This document shows, one piece after another, positions 56,431 to 64,000 of a DNA stretch of 64,000 nucleotides (the first letter of the stretch is position 1; every line of letters starts with the position of its first letter). Position numbers and translations under genes: made by a program. The stretch is from Dehalococcoidia bacterium (GTDB lineage Bacteria > Chloroflexota > Dehalococcoidia > Lucifugimonadales > UBA3495). The stretch lies in assembly GCA_965237595.1 (NCBI GenBank), contig CBDEFY010000007.1:836411-900410 (forward strand). The letters run 5' to 3'. The notes beneath the pieces are model-generated. The model was not told the DNA's origin, ran no database searches, and was given only the letters and a program-made list of their open reading frames with translations.

Positions 56431-57145
56431 ACATCCCGTCAACGAACTCCTTGGCCGAGTGGTTGACGGCCTTATGCGGGCGCCTCAACCCCACGTAGGC
56501 CGATGCTTCGTCCGTGTAGACGATGGTGTCGGCTAACGTATGCTGATGCACGAATCCTTGGAGCGTAGACCTGTCCACGGACTCTACCGGCATGGCGGTT
56601 ATCTGGTTAGTCTTCCGGTCCTTCATCCCCACGACGGCCGCCTTGCCAACCGTCCCGCGAGTGTGGAGCTTCTTGCCCTTGTGCTTGTTGGTTTCCTTGC
56701 CCCCGATAAAGGTTTCATCGGCTTCGACGGGCCCATTGAACAGAGGATCACCGCCCTGCATGGCCTTGCGGATACGGTGGAGCATGTGCCAAGCGTTCTT
56801 TTGAGCAATCCCCAGGTCGCGGTGAAGCTTCATGCTCGATACGCCCTTGAGGTTTGTAGTCACGAGGTAGATCGCAATGGCCCACTTGCGCATCGGCAGG
56901 TTGGAGCCCTGCATGAGCGTACCGAGCTTGACGCTGAAGTAGGAGCGACAATCGGAGCACCAGTAGGGCATGGGAGTAGCGTTCGGAACTTCGCTCGTCT
57001 TGATGCTGCCACACTTGGCGCAGGCCCGGCCATTAGGCCAACGGGTTTGCTCGAACCACTTGCGGGCCGAATCCTCGTCGGGGAACATGTCAAACAGTTG
57101 TACAAGGCTGATTCCGATTCTGTGGGACTTCCCAGGGCCTGCCAT
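56429..57145 (-). CDS. IS1595-family transposase (C-terminally truncated, 238 aa)
   Basis: Zinc ribbon CAKCGS...YWCSDCRSYFS. DDE part ...ETFIGGKE...VYTDEASAY. The stop is created at the junction. Confidence 0.8.
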   Translation of the reverse strand: MAGPGKSHRIGISLVQLFDMFPDEDSARKWFEQTRWPNGRACAKCGSIKTSEVPNATPMPYWCSDCRSYFSVKLGTLMQGSNLPMRKWAIAIYLVTTNLKGVSSMKLHRDLGIAQKNAWHMLHRIRKAMQGGDPLFNGPVEADETFIGGKETNKHKGKKLHTRGTVGKAAVVGMKDRKTNQITAMPVESVDRSTLQGFVHQHTLADTIVYTDEASAYVGLRRPHKAVNHSAKEFVDGM

Positions 57146-57230
57146 AATCGTTTCTCCTTGCCCGTTGTTTCTCTAGTTCAATCATAGCTGATTACGCCTG
57201 TTTTGTCAAGTATTAGTTATAATCCCCTTA
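56431..57230 (-). mobile_element. IS1595-type IS, 3'-truncated copy
   Basis: Shares the upstream end (...AGTTATAATCCCCTTAA) and the transposase N-terminus with 17982..18400. The 3' part was replaced at about 56431. Confidence 0.8.
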
Positions 57231-57324
57231 ACTGCCATCGTCAAATTTCATAGTCAGGCCCGTCGTCATGATCCTCCGGGTCTCCGAAGTCTTCAAACTC
57301 TCATCCGCTAGTTCAACGCGAATA

Positions 57325-57867
57325 CTAACCGTCAACCAAGTTTTCGATCGCCTGGGGCGCCGCTATACAGGCCCGTTCCAATAGCTCTCCATTGGTCAAG
57401 CATACGATTGGATGCTCGATGATTGCCAAGCCGTAGTCGCGGTTGCCCCGCATGCGGGACATGGCCCGGGCCTGACTAACGAAGGGCCGAGTGGTCAGAA
57501 CCACCGAGGGCACACCCAGCAGCTCGGTCTCCATTGCGTCGTGCACACTGCACGCGGTGCAGGACCCTCATTCGGCAGTGGCGTGAATCACCGCGTCGCA
57601 CTTAGCCGCGAACTCCTTCAGGGCATCGGAACTGGCGGGCCACTGGTGGCTGCCCTTGTTGTATTCCATGATGCCTTTGATGTCGTAGCGCTCTTTGATC
57701 GTGGCGGCAATCATCCGCAACAACTCTTCCGAGTGAGGCTTGTTGTTGGAAAGCAAGCCCAGGGTTTTTCCGTTCAAGGTAGGAGGGCGGGGCGCCAAGA
57801 GCGCCGGGCCGTGATCGTTCTCGTCTCGCGGGTCCAGGGTTACCAACATCTTCTCAGGGGTTGCCAT
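57325..57867 (-). CDS. UGSC-motif (seleno)protein, TGA 57568..57570 read as Sec
   Basis: ORFs 57568..57885 and 57325..57546 share one frame: ...KCDAVIHATAE-TGA-GSCTACSVHDAMETELLGVPSVVLTT... The stem CTGCAC/GTGCAG starts 6 nt after the TGA. Confidence 0.75.
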
Positions 57868-57874
57868 ATTCGCA

Positions 57875-58147
57875 TCAGCTCCCAACGTCGATTTTTCGAG
57901 TCACCGGCCGACTGCTGCCCCAGGAAGGAATAACGTCGATAAAGGCCCCGGCGGAGCCCCCGGCGGCAACGACAGTAATCCGGCCGGGGTCGGCCACGCA
58001 ACCAACAAGCTGCTCTTGGTCGGTAAAGTTTTCTGGATGTTCCACGCGCCGCCAGGCGATCCATTCCCTGGCAGGTAGCCGGGCCTTTTCCCAGAGAAAC
58101 TCTTGTACTTGCTGCCTGGACCAGCCGGCTTCGGCCACGTATTGCAT
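57875..58147 (-). pseudogene. C-terminal part of the split gene upstream of the UGSC ORF
   Basis: MQYVAEAGWSRQQVQEFLWEKARLP... It joins in frame to ...VVLSPEVMQ at 60883 once 58148..60882 and one TTGCAT copy are removed. Confidence 0.65.
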
Positions 58148-58456
58148 TAGTATTCCTCATACACGCCGTCAACCATCCCATCGAGCGTACCAAACCATCT
58201 GTCGGCGTGGTGAACTGGCGTTCGATGGGCAGCGGAGGTGGCTTTCACCACGTTTGCACTCCCTTCGAACTCCTCCAGGCACGCACCTCTGATGACCTCA
58301 AGGATATTCGCTACCCTGGTGCTGGATGAAGCCCGGCGATACGCCCCAACACTTGCCGGAATATCTCCCGGGACACTGCCACTTCGGCAAGTTGAAACAC
58401 CAACCTCCTGGCATGCCGCATCAGACGTCCACCCATCTTGATGAGCTTGGTCTGAA
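58148..58456 (-). mobile_element. IS1380-family 3'-end remnant (third, more diverged copy)
   Basis: Encodes ...VQTKLIKMGGRLMRHARRLVFQLAEVAVSREIFRQVLGRIAGLHPAPG-stop, homologous to the C-termini of copies 1 and 2, plus part of the downstream end region. Confidence 0.65.
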
Positions 58457-58800
58457 CCTTTATCCTCTATTTCTTTGCCACCTGGTGACCCCACTGCCGC
58501 GCCGAGTTACGGACGCTGCATGAGTTGACAAGCCAGTTCGGTGACGTGGCAGTTGTGGCTGTGGGCACCGACCCCAACGAGGGGTTGGAGAAGATCAGAT
58601 CATATAGAGATTCGCAAGGGTATACCTTCCCAATGGCCGTGACCGCCTCGGATACCATCCGTTCCTACCGAGTAACAAGCCAGTCAACGAAAATCGCCAT
58701 AGATAGAAACGGAGTCGTCCGAGTACGGTCCGGCTTCGGTACCCAGGGCAAGGGGTGGTGGCGGGACTTGTTCACGAAGCTGAATCAGGACTCCAGCTAG
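58457..58800 (+). pseudogene. thioredoxin-fold redoxin (TlpA/ResA-like) with U-x-x-C motif, N-terminally truncated
   Basis: TFILYFFATW-TGA(58486..58488)-PHCRAELRTLHELTSQFGDVAVVAVGTDPNEG...YTFPMAV...TKIAIDRNGVV. A SECIS-like hairpin GCGCCG-AGUUA-CGG(A)CGC lies at 58499..58516. Confidence 0.7.
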
Positions 58801-58850
58801 ACCCCAGGGGGCTACGCTTCTAGGGATACCTGGATGTTGCGCCGAGGTGG

Positions 58851-59144
58851 GTGGGGTTGCGTTCAGTACAAGGACCGCTCATGGAAGAGTGGCAGATTAG
58901 TCTGGCCCGATCTGTCGCCGGGGCAGGTGGACACGAGAACCCGACATTCCACGTCGGCGGTGTGACTGACCTTCCCTTCGAAGATGACTCCTTCGATGCA
59001 GCCCACTGCCATGCCGTTCTCATGCACGTTCTGGATACACAGGCTGTACTGGCCGAGGTGAAGAGGATCTTGAAACCTGGCGGCATCATCTCCAGTCGTG
59101 AAATGACTGTCGCATACTCGTTCCTGGAACCCCTCTTAGCCTGA
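58851..59144 (+). pseudogene. class I SAM-dependent methyltransferase fragment
   Basis: ...FHVGGVTDLPFEDDSFDAAHCHAVLMHVLDTQAVLAEVKRILKPGGIISSREM. The N-terminal SAM-binding motif is missing. Confidence 0.6.
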
Positions 59145-59183
59145 ATTTCCCAGATCAACCTGATTTCCCTGAACCGGTGTCAT

Positions 59184-60882
59184 CCTGTGCGGCGGGAACT
59201 ATAGTACGGTATCCTGAGCGCGTCAACTGCGCTCCGATTCACTCAATTGCTCCACTCTCATAGGATATCCATCGTCCTAACGAGCGTAGAAATTCCAAAT
59301 CCTCTGCCCTTGCCCAAGCGTCTCCCTCGTGGCGGCCCATTTACTCTTGACGACCCCATAACTGTCCTAAATACCGGTGCTCTCAAAGCAAGCTAGCCAG
59401 GTGCCAGCCGAAGCCGGCTGATCCGTTCTAGTATCCCGGTGAGCATTTCCCTGGTCACCAGCACCTCGGCAAGCTGAAACACCATCCTCCTGGCATGGCG
59501 TACCAGTCGCCCACCCGTCTTGATCAGCCTAGTCTGAAGACTGGTCAGAGTCCAATGCTTCATATCCTCCGGCAAAGCCAACCTTCTCATGAAGTTTCCC
59601 AGATTGTACGCCAGAACGAACAGCCATAGCCTCGCCTGGTTGGCCACGAACTTGTGACAGGACAGTCTGGTCCAGTTCAGGGCGTACTTGCCCTCCTTGA
59701 TCCACTGCTCCGCTGTGCCACGGCCATTGTAAAAGCGGACTATGCCTTTGGGTGGATAGCTCAGGTTGGTCACGATGAAGCCTACCCTGGGAAATAACTC
59801 CCCCTGATGCCACTCCACCTTGGCTACTACTCGCCGGGAAATACTCCAGCTCTGGGCCTGGTAAGTGAAGTCGTAGTAGGAGACGATCGGCCTCCTGGAA
59901 GACCAGTCGGCAGGTCGTACCAGCAGGTGCGCGATTTCTCTCTGAAGTACCGCGTTAGCTGAAAGCCGGATGGCGTACCCAATCATCTCTTGTTCCAAGT
60001 ACTCGTACACCTCTGGCTTGCCAAAGGCGGCATCACCCCGGAACAACAGCCGCCGTCCCTTCCTCTGGTATCTTTTCACCACCGGCTCAAGGAGTTCCTG
60101 CCAGCCCTCGGCGCTATGGACGTTGCCGGGGCGTAGCGTCGCTCCTTCACAATCGCCGAACTGGTTGAATAGAAAGAGGGGATGATAGCAGACACACTCG
60201 AAGTGCCCATTGTAGGCGGCACCCTCCTGATGGCCATGCACTGGACTCTCCGAGCTGTCCATGTCCAGAATCACTCGCTGGTGTGGAGTATGGGCCATAG
60301 CATCTTCCACCCATTGGGGATTCATTCGTGCCAGCCCCTGCAGGTTGTCCTGTTGGGTCAGAGTTTCAGTTTCAAAGCGGCTCACGGTGTTGGTGCTGGC
60401 GGCGTTCCGGTCTGATCCTTGCCAGCCCACGACGACTCTCATGGCTGGGTCTTGGGAAAGGCGTTCGGCATCATTGGTGTCATCGTAGCCGGCCAAGCGG
60501 CTGTAGATGGACTGTCTGAGCAGCGGGACGAGGTGGTGTCGGATGTTGCGACCGGAGCGGCTTTCCTGGAGATAGTCGGCAGCAATATGGGTAAGGCCCA
60601 GGGCATCATCCAGCTCTCGAATGGGCAAGAGTCCGGCATCGGAAGTGATGGTGGCACCGTGAAACTCCAGACGGACTTTGGGGTTGAACTGGAGCCGGAG
60701 AGGGGTTTTGTCGCCGTCACCCATCAGGTGCCTCCGGGGTTGTTACGCTATCTGAAGAATCTTACTATTCTAATGAATGTATTATAGCCGAGATGTTGGT
60801 GAAAAGTTCATGAGACGACTACAAAAGCAAGAACGTTGCCTATATACCGCATCACACTGTTATCCTAACTGGGAAATATGGG
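59184..60882 (-). mobile_element. IS1380-family IS, copy 2 (about 1.7 kb, intact transposase)
   Basis: Ends are CCTGTGCGGCGGGAAC... and ...TGGGAAATATGGG. The immediate flanks do not repeat each other. Confidence 0.8.
59393..60724 (-). CDS. IS1380-family DDE transposase
   Basis: 443 aa. FHGATITSDAGLLPIRELDDALGL, RGDAAFGKPEVYEYLE, YNGRGTAEQWIKEGK. Confidence 0.9.
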   Translation of the reverse strand: MGDGDKTPLRLQFNPKVRLEFHGATITSDAGLLPIRELDDALGLTHIAADYLQESRSGRNIRHHLVPLLRQSIYSRLAGYDDTNDAERLSQDPAMRVVVGWQGSDRNAASTNTVSRFETETLTQQDNLQGLARMNPQWVEDAMAHTPHQRVILDMDSSESPVHGHQEGAAYNGHFECVCYHPLFLFNQFGDCEGATLRPGNVHSAEGWQELLEPVVKRYQRKGRRLLFRGDAAFGKPEVYEYLEQEMIGYAIRLSANAVLQREIAHLLVRPADWSSRRPIVSYYDFTYQAQSWSISRRVVAKVEWHQGELFPRVGFIVTNLSYPPKGIVRFYNGRGTAEQWIKEGKYALNWTRLSCHKFVANQARLWLFVLAYNLGNFMRRLALPEDMKHWTLTSLQTRLIKTGGRLVRHARRMVFQLAEVLVTREMLTGILERISRLRLAPG

Positions 60883-61647
60883 TTGCATCACCTCAGGACT
60901 TAGAACTACCAGCACCTCCGAGGTGGACAGACCCAGTCCAATCATGGCGTGAGCGGTGCCAGTAAGAAATGAACTGGGGTCCTTGCCACCGTAGGTGCTT
61001 ACCTGAAGAGGTGAGTTGGCCGCGACTACCGTCACCGTGCTGGAGCCGCCATCGAACCCCTGATCTGCGGTCAATGGTGGCCAGTTGCCGGCGTCAAGGT
61101 TCTCCGCGAAGCAAAAGCTGTACTTGCCGGAGTGGCCGAAAGTGCTGTTGTCCATGTCCTGGGGGACTGAGCCGTAGAAGTTGGTTTTGACAAGGTTAAC
61201 GGCACGCCCAATGGTCGCGTTGGCCCGGTTGCCGGGGCCCATAGCACCGGTGGAGGAGTTCATACCTATTTCATGGGCGTAACTGCCGCTGACCAGCACC
61301 AACACCGTGATTCCGTTGGTTTAAGTGCTGCTGGCGTGCAGGTTGAAATCCCGTTCGCAGCAGGCCGCCACCGCTGACACCACCACCGGGAAATATTCGG
61401 GGCGGCAGCCAGCCATGACCGCGTTGATGGCCACCTTCTCGGCGGTGATGTGTTTTTGCCGAATTGCTTCCACGCCGATCACCTTGTCCGGCGGCAACCC
61501 GACGAATTCCAACATAGCGCGTACCCGGTCTTCGGTGGGAGGCACTATGGGCAAGCCGTCGGTCAAGTTGGCCTCAAAATAGTATTCTTGGGCCTGCTCC
61601 CAGTCACCGAACTGGTGCCGGAGTGAGGTCATGTTTTGGGATTTCAT
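60883..61647 (-). pseudogene. N-terminal part of the split gene upstream of the UGSC ORF, with an in-frame TAA at 61321..61323
   Basis: MKSQNMTSLRHQFGDWEQAQEYYFEANLTDGLPIVPPTEDR...NLHASST-TAA-TNGITVLVLVSGSYAHEIGMNSSTGAMGPGNRANATIGRAV... No family name recognised. Confidence 0.65.
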
Positions 61648-61864
61648 CGCGGAAGCGGTGTCCTTGCGGAGTCTGGAGATACCCCACCGATTGGGTACAA
61701 ATCGCCAGCTCGACGAGTGCCAGTAATGCCCAACGGATACTTTACTGCCCAGCAGACCGTTTTAATAAGCCTGGCCCATGCCGAGGGCCAAATTTTGGCA
61801 TCGGGACAGATAGGTTTACTGATCTGGTGTCCCTATCCAGGGCTTCAGTTGTGCGGAGCGGTTC

Positions 61865-62752
61865 TTAGTAAGCAGCGATGCCGCGGACCATTGTTTCCAA
61901 GCTGTAGACCGAGTCACCCGCAGTAATGTACATCGTACTTAGATTGGGACCACCAAAGGTGAAATTCCTGGGCACCTCTGGGACGTGAATAATTCCTATC
62001 TGCTCACCCTGGGGATTTATAACCCAGATCCCACCAGACCCGGTGCAATACACTCGTCCTTCCGTGTCCACTTTCATTCCGTCGGGGACTCCGGGCTTCG
62101 CGGAGGACATGTCGCAGAAGACCCTATTGATACTTAAGGACCCATCGATAGCGACATCGAACGCCCGGATGCGGCGGTGGGTGCAAACCTCGCCTCGCTC
62201 ACCCTCTCCGATGCACCGGTCGTCTAACCGGCTGATAGCCACGTAGAGTATCGACTGATCTGGAGAGAACGCCAGCCCGTTGGGGTACTCACATTCATCC
62301 GTGGCCACGGTAAGCCCGCCATCGGGCGCGATGCGAAATACGCCGGCAAACCCCAGTTCCCGGTTTTCCTGAGGGACGCTAGCTTCAGGGTCGGTGAAAT
62401 AAATACTCCCGTCCGAACGGCAGACGATGTCGTTCGGACGGTTCAAGCGCTTCCCTTGCCACCGGTCTGCTATCGTGGTTACCGAGCCTTCAGCATTCAT
62501 CTGGGTGATCTGCCGATTGGCCCCTTCACACATGACCAAACGGCCTTGGCGGTCCAAGGTGCAGCCGTTCCCTTCCCCTGTTTCGTGCCGGATTGGCTTC
62601 GCGTCTCCGCCCAGATCCCAACGCATAAGCATGCTTTCCCGGTGCCTGACGTAGGTCAAATACCCGCCCGGGTGCCACAAGGGGCCTTCGGTGGCCCCTC
62701 CCACGGCTATTAAGACAGGCTCGGCGGGTCCTATGATTTGTTCAACGGACAC
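61865..62752 (-). CDS. SMP-30/gluconolactonase/LRE-family protein
   Basis: 295 aa. EGPLWHPGGYLTYV..., NRPNDIVCRSDGSIYFTDP, YPNGLAFSPDQSILYVA and PDGMKVDTEGRVY blades. Confidence 0.85.
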   Translation of the reverse strand: MSVEQIIGPAEPVLIAVGGATEGPLWHPGGYLTYVRHRESMLMRWDLGGDAKPIRHETGEGNGCTLDRQGRLVMCEGANRQITQMNAEGSVTTIADRWQGKRLNRPNDIVCRSDGSIYFTDPEASVPQENRELGFAGVFRIAPDGGLTVATDECEYPNGLAFSPDQSILYVAISRLDDRCIGEGERGEVCTHRRIRAFDVAIDGSLSINRVFCDMSSAKPGVPDGMKVDTEGRVYCTGSGGIWVINPQGEQIGIIHVPEVPRNFTFGGPNLSTMYITAGDSVYSLETMVRGIAAY

Positions 62753-62817
62753 AATAGGCCTCCATGATTTGGCTAAAACCGAATAGGGTTTCCAGATTGT
62801 GGCACAATATTGCAGAC

Positions 62818-63051
62818 TTAGGCACCCTCAATTTCCCGGCATGGATATGTAAGATTCTCCCTCTTCGTGATCGCGCCTTGCGACCTACCAAGATCTGAGG
62901 GGCTGATCATATTAGGAAGGTAGTACTCCCCAAGCGGTGAATTGACCCAATCAGGTACGCGAATGAATGATGGGCCCTGGATGTTGTCCCCGATGATAGG
63001 ATGAAGGTCGGGTGTGATAATCGGGGCATCAATGAGACGGGTAACGCGCAT
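62818..63051 (-). pseudogene. N-terminal scrap of an unidentified beta-propeller/glycosidase-like gene
   Basis: MRVTRLIDAPIITPDLHPIIGDNIQGPSFIRVPDWVNSPLGEYYL, then non-coding-like sequence. Confidence 0.3.
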
Positions 63052-63114
63052 TTTGCCTTCTCCTGAAGGTCCAGGCACCGATAGGAGTGAATCTTGACGC
63101 AAATACAGCCTGTG

Positions 63115-63639
63115 TTATACGAACCAGCCCATCCCTTCGTGATAGCCTCTGAGGTACGCAATCTGCCCACCATGAACACAATTGTCAAAGACTAAAACCC
63201 CCAAAAATGAGCCTGTAGAAGCCGGGGGTCGGGGAGGAATAATAAGCTGGCGTTCCATATCAGATGCGTTCAATGATTCAATATATTCCCGAGCCGCGAC
63301 CGTCACTCCGTCATAGTAATCCATGAGCAATCTCTTGGCCGGGAGTTGCCAATCAGCGACCTGTGTCTTAGTCCAACCCTGGCCTGTATTATTGAGGTCA
63401 TCATCGAGACCGAATATTTCATACCAACCGCCTTTGACCCACAATTGGGGGGAGTCTTGACACCAGGTATGGACAAAGCGGTCAACGATCCTGGTCATAT
63501 GCCAAAGGAGCCACCCCATGGAGTTTGACTCGTCATTGAGTCGGTTTCCAATCATTGCGTCGTCCACATCTTCTAGAGCTTTGTCCACCATGCTCCAGTT
63601 ACGTTCTAGGGCAGACATGGCAGTTTCCGTAGCTGACAT
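63115..63639 (-). CDS. DinB-family protein
   Basis: MSATETAMSALERNWSMVDKALEDVDD...MGWLLWHMTRIVDRF...NCVHGGQIAYLRG is the four-helix DinB_2 pattern. ATG 63639. Confidence 0.8.
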   Translation of the reverse strand: MSATETAMSALERNWSMVDKALEDVDDAMIGNRLNDESNSMGWLLWHMTRIVDRFVHTWCQDSPQLWVKGGWYEIFGLDDDLNNTGQGWTKTQVADWQLPAKRLLMDYYDGVTVAAREYIESLNASDMERQLIIPPRPPASTGSFLGVLVFDNCVHGGQIAYLRGYHEGMGWFV

Positions 63640-63775
63640 CGGTCCTACTCCAAAATACCAATTATCGTAGGGGATCAATCTACAAGGGAGAGGTGGGATT
63701 GTCCAACGAAAAAGTCGGACCTGTTTTCTCGGGACAATCCGGAGCAAAGATTACAAAAGGGAGCTGAATAGGTCT

Positions 63776-64000
63776 ATGCCTCCACCGGAGCGGTACAACA
63801 CCGGATACAACGTTGGCGTGGGCGGTGCGGTGGTTCAGGAGGGCCGTTTATTGCTGGTACGCCGGGCGTCGCGCCGAGGCCGCGGCAATTGGCAGATACC
63901 CGGCGGGTTTGTCGAGCAAAACGAAACGATGGAGCTAGCCGTGGTTCGTGAAGTGGAGGAGGAAGCCGGAGTCAAGGCCACGGTCCAAGGCGTATTGGGT
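63776..64000 (+). CDS. NUDIX hydrolase (3' end beyond window)
   Basis: VGVGGAVVQEGRLLLVRRAS...WQIPGGFVEQNETMELAVVREVEEEAGV is the Nudix box GX5EX7REUXEEXGU. Confidence 0.8.
   Translation, partial: MPPPERYNTGYNVGVGGAVVQEGRLLLVRRASRRGRGNWQIPGGFVEQNETMELAVVREVEEEAGVKATVQGVLG

Noticed and set aside
5402-61323. Genome-wide reassignment of TAA to a sense codon.
   Set aside because: TAA is the normal terminator of many well-delimited genes in the window, and the only tRNA present is an ordinary tRNA-Lys(UUU).

Overview
GC-rich bacterial chromosomal segment. Ordinary genes (acyl-CoA dehydrogenase, rsmG, LLM/F420-type oxidoreductases, lactonases, RelA/SpoT, MFS pump, HpaB-type monooxygenase, RidA x2, tRNA-Lys, histidine decarboxylase) are interleaved with a very heavy load of insertion sequences and gene wreckage. 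The IS content is three near-identical 1545-bp IS3-family copies, two 1330-bp IS3-family copies, one IS1182-type element, two IS1380-type copies plus a remnant, two IS1595-type copies, and IS630 and IS21 fragments. Many genes are truncated, frameshifted or carry in-frame stops. Four things stand out. (1) Selenocysteine-style recoding: TGA sits at the redox-Cys position of a UGSC-type ORF and of a truncated W-x-P-H-C redoxin. A tandem TGA-TGA also sits where a MerT-like membrane protein would carry its Cys-Cys pair. (2) An accessory block (about 31.4-44.2 kb) lies between two inverted IS copies, next to a tRNA-Lys and a large serine recombinase. It holds two VapBC pairs, a single-chain nuclease-methyltransferase-TRD gene, a tandem replication-relaxation-like wHTH gene, a membrane-anchored HTH/coiled-coil protein, a decayed HigB-like toxin with an intact antitoxin, and two inverted orphan solute-binding paralogs. 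(3) That block contains about 1.7 kb without convincing ORFs, carrying a family of about 110-nt repeated modules. Each has a hairpin with compensatory changes and a fixed-distance CTGTACAC box. (4) An IS1380-driven 2.7-kb insertion, flanked by a 6-bp direct repeat, splits the gene upstream of the UGSC ORF. All calls come from reading the sequence and the ORF track. No database search was run, so family names are pattern-recognition calls.
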